Source of the DNA: Octopus vulgaris
Lineage: Eukaryota
Assembly: GCA_951406725.2 (NCBI GenBank)
Contig: OX597814.1
Coordinates: 46,438,001-46,502,000, forward strand
Length of the DNA: 64,000 bases
Direction: 5' to 3'
The notes beneath the pieces were generated by a model. That model was given only the letters and a program-made list of their open reading frames with translations. It made no database searches and was not told the DNA's origin. Numbering within the stretch: position 1 is the first letter of the stretch; every line of letters starts with the position of its first letter. The position numbers and the translations under genes are program-made. Shown in pieces: positions 13,160 to 26,819 of this stretch.

Positions 13160-13422
13160 TCTAAGAAACTTGCTTCCCAACCACATGGTTCTGCGTTCAG
13201 TCCTACTGTATGGCACTGAAAGAAGCCCATCTTATATGTGTATGTGTGTGTCTGCTTGACAACTGGTGTTAATGCATTTACATCTGCGTCACTTAATGGT
13301 TCATCTAAAGAGACTGGTATGATAAGTACCAGGCTTTAAAAAAGCACTGGGGTCAGTTCATTTGACTAAAAATTCTTCAAGGTGGTGCCCCAGTATGGCC
13401 ACAGTCTAATGACTGAAACAAG
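13160..13422 (+). mobile_element. Decayed family A SINE
   Basis: GCTTCCCAACCACATGGTT...GGTGGTGCCCCAGTATGGCCACAGTCTAATGACTGAAACAAG; CpG-decayed, internal deletion. Confidence 0.8.
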
Positions 13423-13578
13423 TATATATATATAATAATTGATAACATATATATAATAATTAAATATTATTATGTATATAATAATTAGATATTATTATGT
13501 ATATAATTATTTATACTGTGTACCGTTGGCGATTTTTTTTCCTCCGTCTTCCCTTCTCTGGATCTTTCCTTTTCCTAT

Positions 13579-13613
13579 GTTTCTGACGAAGAGCTCCGCT
13601 CGAAACGTTAAAC
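13579..13613 (+). ncRNA. Minimal type I hammerhead ribozyme in a ~190-bp Penelope pLTR-like insertion (~13517-13705)
   Basis: GTTT-CTGACGA-A-GAGC(TCC)GCTC-GAAA-CG-TT-AAAC: stem I GTTT/AAAC, stem II GAGC/GCTC, palindromic ACGT stem III, triplet GUU at 13607-13609. Confidence 0.8.
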
Positions 13614-13796
13614 CCTCCTTCTTCCCTTCCTTCCTGAGCGTCCAATAATACTATATTTGTTCCACATCCTCGCGTTGTTGTGTTTTCATGTTTGGATTAA
13701 CTTTATATATATGTATATATATAATAATTAGATATTATTATGTATATAATAATTATATATATATGATAATTAGATATTATATATGACTTTCTTTAG

Positions 13797-14275
13797 GTTG
13801 GCCGCCCTGCACTTGCTTGCTAAAAAGTGATACTCTTGTGGTTACATAACCAAGATTTGACCTTGATCACTCCAGTTTTCTTTCTTGTGTTACAGAATAA
13901 AAATGGCCACTCCATTGGCAGTGTGCACCAAGGAAGAACAGAGATCAATGATCCATGACAAGCTTTGCTTCTGCAAAGTCTATATGATATGGGTGCCAAG
14001 AGAGTTACTGAAGCACATAAGTGCAGTCATGTGGCAATCTGTGAAAGCTTAGTCACTACCATGATGAAGGTGAAGCTTTTTTGGAGAGAATAGTCATAGG
14101 GGATAAAACCTAGGTCCATCACTTTGAGCCAAAATCCAAAGCAAGCTGGTAGGCTACTGGAAGAAGTGCGTTGAAAATCAAGGAAGCTATAGCGAAAACT
14201 GATGTAATTGTTCAACCCCAGCTTATGTTTTAAATTACAGAAATGTTTGCATATAATTTATGACACATCCTCATA
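13797..14275 (+). mobile_element. Internally deleted, decayed mariner
   Basis: Fragments MATPLAVCTKEEQRSMI, WVPRELTEAHK (mariner WVPHEL motif) and RIVIGDKT*VHHFEPKSK (first catalytic D motif). Confidence 0.75.
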
Positions 14276-14335
14276 TACACACACACACAACATACACAGA
14301 CATGTCATATGATTACGAAGTGCTTTTTGCAACTA

Positions 14336-15575
14336 TTGGGTTGGCAACTAAGTTCCTACCATTTTTTAAAAGGTTTAATAAAAATAATAACTAATTGATC
14401 AATAATGTATTCACCCTTGTTGTTTACAACTTTTTCTCAACGTTCAACAAGATTTTCAATACCTTGTTAGTAGAAATCACCCGATTTTAACTCAAAAAAT
14501 TGACCCAACCAAGCTCTTAATTCTGCATCAGTATTGAACAAAACTCCACGCATAGCATTTGAAAGAGATTGAAATAGGTGGAAATCTGTTGAGGCCAAAT
14601 CAGGAGAGTACAGCGGATGTGGCAGCACTTCCCAGCCATACATTTGAATGGCTTCCTTGGTCATATTGGCGATATGGGGGTGGGCGTTGTTGTGCAGCAG
14701 AAGAACTCCATGCTGCCAATTAGGTCTTTTCTCTTGAATAGCTGTGTTGAGTTGTTCCATCTGTTGAACATAGAGTTCTGCATTGACTGTTTGGTTCCGT
14801 TCAAGCAATTCGTTATGGATAATCCCTTTCCAGTCCCACCATATGCACAACATCATTTTACTCAGATGAAGATCTTGTTTCACACGTGGTGTCGCTTGTT
14901 TACTGGGGCTAAGCCATTCCTTATGCTGCTTCATATTGAAGTACAGACACCATTTTTCGTCACTGGTAACAATTCGGTTAAAAAATCGTTGCTTGCGTCC
15001 ATGAGTTGAGCAGTGACGAGCAAGCAAACCAGCGGAGATTGTGGCTCGTTGATTTTTGTTGTTGTCACTTAAAGCATGCAGAACCCATGCTCCATACTTC
15101 TGGACCTTTCCCATCGAGTGAAGATGCTTCTCTATAGCAGTGTGGGAGCATTCCATTTTCTCTGCCAGTTCGCTTGTCATTTGACGAGAATTTTCATGCA
15201 AAAGTTGGTTTAATCACTCTTCATTGAACTCAACTGGACGGCCAGAACGTGGTGCATCTTTGAGGTCAAAATTTCCCTTTTTGAACTTGGCATACCAATC
15301 ACAAGCAGTTCTTTCAGCTATGGCACCCTCTCCATACACAGCGCAAATGTCATGAGCAGCTTTTGCGGCCTTAGAACCTTGATTAAACGCAAAAGGGAGG
15401 TGTCGAAAATACTCGTTTTACTTAACTTGACATTCTTGACAAAATAAACAAAAATAACCTAGGAAAAAAAAAACAATAGATTCCAAAATGATTCAAAAAT
15501 AGAATTCTTGAAAATTTTAAAATGCAATAAATTCCAAAATTTTAAAACACCGCAGGAACTTAGTTGCCAACCCAA
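14336..15575 (-). mobile_element. Full-length but inactive mariner transposon (~1.24 kb)
   Basis: TIRs TTGGGTTGGCAACTAAGTTCCT / AGGAACTTAGTTGCCAACCCAA, with TA TSD at 14334-14335 and 15576-15577. Confidence 0.95.
14467..15434 (-). pseudogene. Mariner D,D34D transposase pseudogene
   Basis: WVLHAL, IVTSDEKW, LHNNAHPH (second catalytic D changed to N) and YSPDLASTD. The N-terminal HTH region (KFKKGNFDLKDAPRSGRPVEF) is separated by in-frame stops. Confidence 0.92.
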
Positions 15576-16353
15576 TATGTGTTTTTGGGTTCACACAGAA
15601 CCATGTAGTTCTGTGGACACTGGAAAAGTGTTTTCTACTATAGAGTTGAGTTGACCAATACTTTGTGATTCAAAAATTGATAGACTGAAACTGTGCAGAA
15701 AACCATTATATATGTCAAGTATGTGTTGGTGTTTGTGAAAATCAATGAAAATTTTTTGTGCGATTCACTCCACAAGGTGATGTTATTCTCTACAAATAGA
15801 TGTAACCCAAGGTAAACAAAGCCATTCAATAAATAGATTAGATATTATATAATTGATTAAAGCCCTATCAATTATTATCTTATTATGGTTGTTGTCTAAT
15901 GTCATATATAATAATGTAAACATTACTCCTTATTAATGGATATTAAATAAATTTATGTTATGTTGTGAAACTATAGTCACGCGATATGTTCAGATCTTAC
16001 ACATCATTATCATCACCATCATTTTACACTTTCCATGCTGGCATGGTTTGGAGAGGCTCTCATGGTACAAGTCAGTTTTTATTGAAGTTATAGTTATGGT
16101 TTCTTTTGCTGGATTCCTTAATGCCAGCCACTTTATAGAGTGCACTGGGTACATTTTATTGTGACGGCAGCACAGGAGAGACTGTCATGTTCTGGAAAAA
16201 ACTGGAGTTTTCTCTGTTCCATGTTGTTTCTGTGGACATATTGGATGTATTTAATCATGAAAAAAATAACTAGAGAGTTTATTTTGTTCCTTGTAAAATA
16301 TATATATATACATATACATAAGTGTATATATGTATGTGTGTGTGTGTGTGTGT

Positions 16354-16733
16354 GTTATAATTTAGAACAAACAGTAAAAGGTCATTATAGTACTCGGAGT
16401 TTCAAATGCTGATGCAAAGAGCTATGATACATTGTTATCAGCTATTAATGGTAACAGACGCTATGAAAATCCGTTAAATAATAGGGAAGTAACTCTAATA
16501 GGTGGAAAAAGAAAACAGATAAAAAACATGCAACCATATTCTCACAATACATAGACATAAACATCCTGCAGTCACAATGTCTACTACATATGTACACGCT
16601 CACACAAACAGGAATTCGCACACAAACATATGTGTATGTACCCATACATGCACACATGTATATATGTGTATATATATGTATGCAACCACGTCCTCATATA
16701 CACATAGGTGCTTACATGAATACACATAACATA

Positions 16734-16764
<31 letters not shown>

Positions 16765-16809
16765 CAGACATACATTCACACTCCCACATACACAAATATA
16801 TATTTGTAT

Positions 16810-16853
<44 letters not shown>

Positions 16854-18630
16854 ACAGATATATATATGTGTGTGTTTGTATGCGGGAGTGTGAATGTATG
16901 TCTATATATATACATATATATATGCATATAAATATCTAAATATATATGTATTATGTTACATGTATGCATGTAAGCACTTATGTGTATATGAGTATGTGGT
17001 TGTATACATATATACATATATTTATACTTGTGTGCATGTGTGTGTGTATGTATGAGTACGTACATACATATGTTTGTGTGTGTGTGGGGGGGAATACATG
17101 TTTATGTGAGTGTGTACATATGTAGACATTGTGAACGCAGGAAGTTTATGTTTATGTATTGTGAGAATATCATCATCATCATCGTTTAATGTCCATTTTC
17201 GATGCTGGCATGGGTTGGATGGTTCAACTGGGGTCTGGGAAGCCAGGAGGCTGCACCAGGCTCCAGTTTGATCTGGCAGTGTTTCTACAGCTGGATGCCC
17301 TTCCTAACACCAATGACTCCGAGAGTAGTGGGTGCTTTTTACAGGCCAGAGGGGGCTGGAATTGACCACAATTGGATGGTGCTTTTTATGTGCTAATTAG
17401 TTGGGCTATGTCCCTCTCCATGACTTTCTTTGCCTGATCCTGCAGTTTGATACTCCTGTAGTTATTTCTGTCTAAAACATCACCTTTACTCTTGTAGCAG
17501 TTAACTATGATGCTGCTATGCCAGTCATTGGGTATGACTCCATCATGAACTACCCGGTTTACAATATGGGTGACTAGGCCATAGCCCACATAGCCAGCTG
17601 TTTTAAGCATCTCAGCAGTGATTCCTGATGGACTGGGGGCTTTTCCTGGCTTCGTACCCATAATTGCTTTATCTAACTGGGGCTGTCTATTCGGATAGCT
17701 GGTCCCTCTACTGGGTCAACATTTGGCAGGCTCTCTTACCCCCATTCATTCTCCACATTCAGCAGTCTTTCATAATGACTTCTCCAAGCCTCTTTCTTTT
17801 CCAAATCACTAAAAACAAGTGCACCATCATCCATGCTGAGACATTTCTTTACTGTGACATCATAATGTTCTCTCACACACTGTCTTGCAAAATACTTCAG
17901 TTCTTTGGTCCTCACGTCGCTGGACATTGGCAAACTTCTTTCTGCTTCTCCCTTGGCTATGTATACCTGCCGCCCAGTCTCCCTTCTGGCTATCTGGTAC
18001 AGTTCCCTACTACCACCACTCTTCCAGGCTTTCCAGGCCTGTTTCTTTGCTCTAATGGCTTTGTCTACTGTATTATTCCCCCACCATGTTACTTTGCACC
18101 ATCCACAGACTTGGTCTGTGGCACTCAGTAAGCTGTCCTATAGGAATTTCCAGCTACCTTCCATGTCCGAGGTCTGTAGCACCTCCTCATCAAATTTTTG
18201 GATGAGGATGTCCCTAAATCTCTGACCATGTGAAGGGTTCTTTAGCTTCCAAATCCTTCTTTTCTGGATTAGTTTGCTTCTTGGCATCTTTCTCGCCTTG
18301 AGTCTAAAGTCACTAATAACTAGTCTATGCTGCGGGGTACATTCTTCACCCGAGAGGGTTATTATATTTAGAAGCAACTCTGCGTCCCGCTGTCTGGTGA
18401 GGATGAAATCTATCTGGCTAGCGAAGTCACCTGATTGATAGGTTGCGTGTATTTTTTGTCTTTTTTCTTTTTACACCTATTAGAGTTACTTCCCTTTTAT
18501 TTAATGGATTTTCGTAGTGTCTGTTGCCATTAATAACCAACAAGAAGATATCGTAGCTCTTCGCTCTGACATTTGAAACTCTGAGTACTATAATGACAAC
18601 CTTTTACTGTTTGTTCTAAATTATAACATA
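16354..18630. repeat. Long inverted repeat (~470-bp arms) centred on a TA tract, right arm interrupted by an RTE; degenerate hammerhead in each arm
   Basis: Left arm ~16354-16820 is the reverse complement of ~16850-17170 plus 18441-18630. Left GCAACCATATTCTCAC matches right GTGAGAATAT|GGTTGC across the insertion. Confidence 0.85.
17171..18440 (-). mobile_element. RTE-clade LINE fragment, 5'-truncated and internally deleted
   Basis: APE C-terminus QIDFILTR...GEECTPQHRLVISDF and RT N-terminus KPGKAPSPSGITAEMLK...IPNDW..SIIVNCYK.KGD.LDRNNYRSIKL, joined near 17390 to the (GAT)n 3' tail. Confidence 0.9.
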
Positions 18631-19771
18631 TATAAATAATCCTCTATTCTCTAATATTGAGGTCTCATTCTTTTGTTGTTACATTTTATTATATATACAC
18701 ATGCTAGCATGGAAAACGGACATTAAATGATGATGATGATGATCACACACACACTTACAAACATGCATATAATCATTAACATATATCCATACAGACATAT
18801 CTATAATATATATGTGATTGTTTCTTTGTGAGTGTGTATGTGAATGATTCAGGTTCAGATGGATTATTGCTGTTGTCAGAAAGAGGAACAGATAGCCACA
18901 GAGAGTGAGGTGGAGACAGCAGAAAGAGATTGAAGAAATTTTTCTAAATTTACTGACCTACATGGAAGATTGTGGTGTTGTGATGTATATATCAACATAA
19001 TATAATCTTTTCACAATATCCCTTCTCTTTCAAGGCAATCATGACCAAGGAGAGTGATGATGAAAGGAGTGAAAGGGGAGGGTGTGGTATGATGGGAGAA
19101 ACACAGTGATAAGTGGAGATGTAATAGAAGAGAGACAGTACTAAGCACATGTTGGTTCTTTGTAAAGAGAGTGAATAAGAAACATCAGGAGCAACATGAT
19201 AAAATAGTGGAGATGAGTGGCAGAGAGCAGGTGATGGACAGCATTCAGGATGGGCAATGTCAAGTGGCAATGGTAGTTGTCATTGGCATAGAGTCATGTG
19301 GATAGAGAGCGACAGTTTATGGTAATGAAGAATGACATTAGGGAGTACTGGATATAGACAGATTTAGTGCCATCCCTTGTTATACATACATCTTAGCAAA
19401 AGAGAGGTAGTTTGATTGAGAGGTGAAGGTGGAAGAGGTACTGAGTAATAATGGATCTTTGTGGTGAGATTAAATATGAACAGATTAAATGGTATTCCTC
19501 ATTACACAGGCAGCATGATGCAGCAGATAGACAGAGTGAATGATAAATGAGAGGGTGAGGAAGAGGCCAATTGATGGAAACTTAGCAGGAATACAAAGAG
19601 CAAGAGATGCAATGTCCATATATTATACATCCTAACTCTACCCCTCCTTGACCATTTTAAAACTGTTTTGCTAGGCTTGCACTAGGATATATATTTTTTG
19701 TTAAACATTTCTCCTTGATAAAGACATGTTTCTAAATTTGCTGGTCTGCAGGAAAGACTCTAGTGTTGACA

Positions 19772-19802
<31 letters not shown>

Positions 19803-20509
19803 GTGTGCATATAAATATGTATGTACACATATCAACCAATTAACCACAAAGTTGACATATACATAAAAATGATATATATTTTCTTTCATGTTCACTGTCA
19901 CACATGCTTACTTATACATAGAAGCAATACACATACACGCATACATGCATAATATATTCACTAACATATATGCTATGTACATATCTATGTATGGTTGTCG
20001 GTTTGTGAGTGTGTATGCATATTAATCAAGGTTGGACGAATTATTGTTGATGTCAGAAAGAGGGACAGACAATCACACACACACAAAGTTTGTGCTAGGT
20101 GCATACATATGTATTTTATCTTTCATGTACACTATCACATATACACAATACATATATGCATGCCCAAACATACATACCCACTCACAAATATATACAAAGA
20201 CACATACTTCCTCATACATATACACATAAATATACATGCTCTTGCATAAATGCTCAAGCTCACATATATATTTGTGACATATGCACTCACTACATGGCAT
20301 AATTTGATATTTTCTATAAACCTAGGAAACACTGGGTATAGCACACTTTATACTTTGCGAAGATGATATATTTGCTTAAAGATCGCTTAGACTGCTTTGT
20401 TACTAAATTCCTTCATATTACACATAGAACAAAAGAAAAAGAGTGAAAATTGGTGCTTTTGTTGTAGGCTGTCAATACATTACATTTATTTATACTTTGG
20501 ATGTTTTGA

Positions 20510-21281
20510 GAGCATAGCTGCTAGAATAAGAATATAGATTGGGCAAAGTTCAGAGAGCTTTTACCTTTGTTGGCAACTAAGGCTTCTCCCTCTGATTGAA
20601 AGACAGATTGTATGATGCCTGTGTGCAAATAGCTATGCTACATGGCAGTGAAACATAGGCTGCAATGGCAGAGGACATGCAAAGGCTTGAAAGAAATTAA
20701 TCTAGTATACTCCACTGGATGTGCAGTGTCAGTGTACATGTGCAACTGAGTGATAGAATCTTGAGAGAAGAATTGGGCATAAAGAGGCATCAGATGTGGT
20801 GTGCAAGAGAGATGTCTATGCTGGTATGGTCATGTGATGTGCATGAATGAAGACAGTTGCATAAAGAAGTGCTGATCTCTAATTGTAGAGGGAACCTGTG
20901 GAAGAGGTAGACCCAGGTGGTGAAGCATGATCTTCGAATGTGGGGTATCATGGAGGCGATAAGTGATCGTAACCTTTGGTGATTTGCTGTGCTTGAGAAG
21001 ATTTGTCAAGCCAAATAAAATTTAAGTTGTGGCTGGTGCTGGTGACACGTAACAGCTTCAGTGCTGGTGACACATGAAAGCACCTATGCCAATGACATGT
21101 AAATGGCACCCATTACACTCTTGGAGTGGTTGGTATTAGGAAGGGCATTCAGCCACAGAAACCAAGCTAAATTCAGACTGGAACCTAGTGCAGCTCTCTG
21201 GCTTATAAGTTCCAGTCAAGCTGTCTAGCCCATGCCAGCATGGAAAGAGGTCATTAAATAATAATCATCATCATCATCATG
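20510..21281 (+). mobile_element. RTE-clade LINE 3' fragment
   Basis: WAKFRELLPLLAT...RLYDACVQIAMLHGSET*...WYGHVM pattern with stops, followed by the common RTE tail. Smaller piece at ~33620-33840. Confidence 0.85.
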
Positions 21282-23444
21282 AGGAGGAGGAGCCTATGCT
21301 GTGCATCCCACTTTTCAAGAATGTGTCAGGTCAAAATCAGTTCACCAGCTATGAACATTGGATGGCCACATTTGTGTTACACACAGAGAATTGTTTTTCG
21401 GATGATGTCTGTTACAAATTGATGATCACTTGGAATCAACAATCACAGAAGTAGATACTTCACATTCATCTTTAAATCTTTCAGATAAAACTAAATTGTT
21501 TCCTAATACTTTTTGTACTCTTAAAAGAACTAAGAATATATGTACCCCAAAAAAACTACAATAGATATTGGAAAAACTTACTGATTAGAAAAATTATTTA
21601 TTTGCAGTAATTACAGACAATCATCACAGTATTTTTCTTATGGGATGCAGATGGCGAGTGGGTTAAAAAAAAAAATTTTTTTAACATTTTTATGTTAAGC
21701 ATTTGTTTCTTTACCTATTAATTTTCAGGTGGCTCAACTTGAACTTGAATACAACAATTTCTAATGAATTCTTGGACAAATTGCAGATCAACATTTTTCA
21801 AGGAATTCATAAAAAAATATAAATCCAACTACATGTGTCTACATGAATGAATATATGTATGTAGGACACTTTCCACTTTTTTGTACCCATATATCTGAAA
21901 TTTTGCACAGAGGTACATCTTTATGGTTCTTTAAGGATATGATATAAGCTCTAACTTTTGATATTTTCTATAAAACCAGCTGAAGGAGATGTCTTCCTGG
22001 TGCTACAAGCTACAGTAGCATCAACCCTTAAGGGTTAGCCACATTTAGGTGGCAAATATACTTCACGATATATATATATATATTATGTATGAAATGGAAT
22101 AGAGGAATGTACGCATTGAAATGCATAATTCAAAACATGTAGGCACTCAAAAGGGATTATCATGGAATGCAGCAACAGAATATAGAAGGAAGTGTGTAGA
22201 GTAAATGAAGATCTAAATAGGAGCCCTGGATTAATATATCAGAACTAAAGTAGGAAAAAATTGCTTTATGTAAATATATATGCCAAAAAGGTTGTGGAAG
22301 AAAAGTATTGGATTAGAAAGATAAGTGATTTCTAAGTCAAGAATAAAATGCAGGGTAAGATATAAATACAATTGTTAATAAACAATATATGAGTGTCAGT
22401 GTGGAAATTTGAAAGGACTTGGAGTAAAAACAGAGAATATCAAGAATATTAAATACTTGAGTAAATGGAGTAAATAGGTACCCACGGCTATGTATATGAA
22501 GAGCAGTACTATATAAATTCACTGAGTTTAATAAATAATAAAGCTAATTTAACAAATCTAATAAAATGTGGAACAAATATTTGTACTCAGATCACAGAGA
22601 AACCTATAAATGTATTAGGCTACATAGTGTATTAAGCTGGTAAAAGATAACAGCAAAATGAAACCATCAAAAAACAAGCACTTATGTCTTATAAAAAGAA
22701 ACAAGAAGAAATGTACAAAGCTATATCCTAGTGCTTATTAAAGTTGGTAATCTTAGCAAAGATAATTTCATAAACTTCTTTAGTGCAGAGACTGCATGGC
22801 ATTCTATTCCATGAATGCAATTTAGTTCTAGAATTCATCATCATCATCATTGTTTAACGTCTGCTTTCCATGCTAGCATGGGTTGGATGGTTTGACTGAG
22901 GACTGGCAAGCCAGGAGACTGCATCAGGCTCCAATCTTATCTGGCAAAGTTTCTACAGCTGGATACCCTTCCTAATGCCAACCACGCCGAGAGTGTAGTG
23001 GGTGCTTTTTACATGCCACCAGCATAGGGGACAGTCAGATGGTACAAGTATTGACCACGTTCGAATGACGCTTTTTATGTGCCACTGGTATGTAAAAATT
23101 GATTTCCCATTTTAAGTTATAAGGTATATTAGAATACTTAATTCTCAAACATAACTAGGAAATAAGGTAAAATTGCTTCTGATAATGATTGGAAATGAAT
23201 CATGATCATGATCATCATTTTCTGTGCCTGTTTCTACCATACTTGCATTAGTTGGATAGGCCATCTCGAGAATAGCATCTCTTGATTGTGTTATCTATCA
23301 CACTGCTTTTAATATGAACTGCTGGTCCTTCTGTAGGGTCAACATGATTTAGTGCCTCTTTATGTCATGCATTCTCCATGTTTAGAAGCCTCTCATAATA
23401 GCACTTCCATGTCACTTTACTCTTTGTCTCATGAGGACTCTCTT

Positions 23445-24180
23445 GTCTAGAAGAATAATGCTTTTGTGTATTGGCATTTTGGGAGAAATTTTATGCATAT
23501 GGCTTGCATTATCGACACAAGTTCTTTAAGTTTCATGTCATTCTCTTTTATTGAGAGACTTTTAAGCCAGTTTTATTTTAGGGTCTTTTTCTGGAACCAA
23601 TTTCCAGTCAGCTTTGTGGAAGTGTAGGTAGGGTAGGCTTTAGGTGCTTCCTGTGAGATATACATATTTGATTAGCTTTGTACATACATTGTTAATTATT
23701 TACATTATGGTCTCAGAAAATCATTGACCGCACCTTCATATTGTAGATAAATTCCACATTATTGGTGAAACTGAGGTTCAAGTTGTTTTTGCTCCAGATT
23801 GGCAACACTATTATTTGTTCCATGAACATCATTTTAGTGAGATCAAGTTGAGATTCTGCTTAATTTCATTCTTTGTATGACATTCTTGAGATTATGTTGC
23901 TTCAGGCCATTTGATGTCAGAAAAGTTGAAATTGTCCAACAGAAGTACATTAATTTGTTGATCTAACTTTGTTAGTACTTCTTTTATCATTCTAAAGCTT
24001 TCCTCCAATTTACAAGAGTAATTTGCAGCATCGTATAGACAATATGATGTACCTATTATCACATCAAGTTGCTTTACCTGCACTATAAGTGTATCATAGA
24101 CAAAGTTTGAATATGACAATAGAATTAATGTGTGGCATCTTCACAGATGTACATGACAACTCCACCATGATTTCTTTCTT
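23445..24180 (-). mobile_element. Decayed CR1-group LINE fragment (endonuclease region), same family as 56766-59620
   Basis: SYSNFVYDTLIVQVKQLDVIIGTSY...LLLDNFNFSDIKWPE aligns to [25 protein letters not shown]...[15 protein letters not shown]. Confidence 0.85.
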
Positions 24181-25214
24181 TTCTGACTGTATGAAGCACA
24201 TCTCTGTATCATCTATGACTGCACATAGGTGTGTCTTAGTAAGTGTTGTACAAATTGCTTGATTACATGCTGAAAGACCTCCCAAATATGAAATTTTACC
24301 TCTCTTGTTTAGATGTCACCCACCAGAGACCACCTCTATTACTATCTATCACTTACTCTCTTGCCACTCTCACCTACCATATACCAACCTTGCTATTATT
24401 CATCTCTCACTCTCTCTTGCGGTTAGCCATTTCTTTTAATGCCCCATATTCATACTCTTTTATCAACATAACATAACATAACAACCTTTTATCAATGACA
24501 TAACAAGTGCCTGTCATAAAATGCATATAACACAGTGTAAAAGGTGTGGTGTTAGGAAACAGCCATAATAGTACCCAGCTGAAATGAGATCCTCTGACCC
24601 ACTTAGACAAGAGGTAAAACTGACTCGGACAATGATAATTAGCTAATCCATGCCAGCTTGTGAAGCAGACATGAAAATGTTTAAGGAGTAATGTTTGAAA
24701 ACCAGTCTGAGAAAAGTTGCTAAACTTTTTACTTATTATCATAGAAGTAAAGTTGTCATGCAGCATTTGGTTCTCAGGAGTAAATGTTTTCTTTCATTGA
24801 ATCAAGGATAAATTTTGTTAATAAATTAAGAACTAGTTGGCTTATGTAAAGAAAGAGATTGCCCAAGAAACTGGTTACTAAGAAGTAAATTTAGCTCAGA
24901 GATATTTACATATAGAAAACAACACAAACAAATTTGTGTAATTAAGAACCAAACTATTTTATTGCGTTTTTGTATGAGAAATTAGTTTAGTATCTCTTCT
25001 GACACATCACCACTTTTTGTACCATTTGTTGATACTGCTCAGAATTTGTTCACATAATGTACTGACTAATTAATATTTTCAGCTTAGTGCAATCCCAAAC
25101 AAGTTTTGTGTCTCTTTTTTTTTTTTCTTCTTTCTAGTTAGTTTACATTCAAGAGGAAACGTTCAAATAATTATTCAATGGCCATTTGAATCCATTATAA
25201 GTAAATTTGCTTTA

Positions 25215-25555
25215 TATCTTTTATCTTTTGCTTGTTTCAGAAATTGGAGAAATTTTTAGTCAAATGAATTGACTCCAGGACTTATTTTTTTAAAACCTGG
25301 TACTTATTCTATTGGTTTCTTTTGCTGCACTGCTAAGTTATGGGAACATAAACACACCAACATGTTATCAAGCGGTGGGGTGGGGAGGACAAACACAGAC
25401 ACTCATACACACATATATGTATGCCTGTTGTGTATACACACACACACACACACAATGGACTTCTTTCAGATTCCATTTGCCAAATCCACTCACAAGACTG
25501 AATCCAGAACTATGTGGTTGGGAAGTAAGCTTCTTACCTCACAGCCATGCCTGCA
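25215..25555 (-). mobile_element. Decayed family A SINE (further + strand partials at ~25950-26125 and ~26220-26480)
   Basis: Collinear homology to 1636-2021 with CpG decay and deletions. Confidence 0.8.
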
Positions 25556-26591
25556 TCTAAAGTAAATTAGTTTGATAAAAATAAAATTTGTATCTTTTTT
25601 TTTTTTTTTGCCTAAATGCTTATTTGATAATAAGTAAATAAATATAGGAAACAATTTGCCTAAGTTACCTTCAATTACTTGAAGTAAAATTGTTTCCCAA
25701 CTTTAACAGCAGAGAATGTTTTTAGTTTCTAGTTTGATCAGCTCCAAACAATTTATTCTCATAGTTTTTACATATTTCACTTTTAATGGCTCAATGTGAA
25801 GTTCATTATACATAAGTATATAGTGCTTGCTATATTTTTGATATTAATATGGATTGCAAATATTAAGCAGCTAAGTGAAGTTTCCTTGCAAGATTTCAAA
25901 TAATTCTTTTCTTATAATTTCTGTGGATATATATATTTTTGTTTTTAGGTAGGTACAGGCATGGCTGTGTGATAAGAAGTTCACTTCCCAACCACTTGAT
26001 CTTGGGTTCAGCCCCTCTGTGTGACACCTTGGACAAGTGTCTTCTCTTCTAGCCTTGGACCAACCAAAGCCTTCTGAGACAGAAACTGAAAGAAGTCCAC
26101 AATGTGTTTGTGTGTGTGTGTGTGTACACACACTAGAATCCATGGTCCCAGTGAATGAAGGGCAGTAGTTGCCTTATTATGCTTATGGATTCTAAAAAAA
26201 AAAATGTGTCAGTAATATAAGTGCAGGTATGGCTGGATAGTGGAAAAGTTTGCTTCATAACTTCACAGTTTGGGGTTCAGTCCCGAGTCCAACTGCTTGA
26301 TACCTTTGGCAAGTGTCTTCTACTATAGCCTTGAGTTGACCAATGTTTTGTGAGTTAAATTTGATAGACGTCAGCTGCACTAAGCCCATCATATATGTGT
26401 GTCTCTGTGTCTGCGTTTATAGATAAACCACTCAGAAACACAGTTCTTTTGTTTATACTCCATAACTTAGTAGTTTGACAAATAGATTATAAGTTTATTT
26501 ATTACCAAATGACCCTGCAGAGAGCTCAGTCTGTTTCAGCATCTGTGACAATAGCCTGATTTACATTAAAAGGCATATATATACATATATA

Positions 26592-26800
26592 CAGTAATCC
26601 CTCAATTATTGCAGGTGTTACGTTCCAAAACCTCCTGCGATAGATGAAAATCCATAAAGTAGAAACAATACTGTACTGTCTATTTTTAAAATTATTTTTA
26701 TAATTTGTATATATTTATTTTATTATAAATGCAGAACAACACCACAGAGGAATCGACGTAAGCTTAAATAATAAACCACGATAGGTGAACCGGATTACTG
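26592..26800. mobile_element. Tigger/pogo-like MITE
   Basis: TA|CAGTAATCC...GGATTACTG|TA termini; internal repeat of CGATAG(A/G)TGAA. Confidence 0.75.
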
Positions 26801-26819
26801 TATGTATTAATTATGTATA

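Noticed and set aside
21700-21870. Possible + exon after TTTTCAG (21728); also lone acceptor- or donor-like sites at ~8843 and ~29587
   Set aside because: No convincing paired acceptor and donor with an open, recognisable frame. The 21610-22040 region may be a DNA-transposon remnant.
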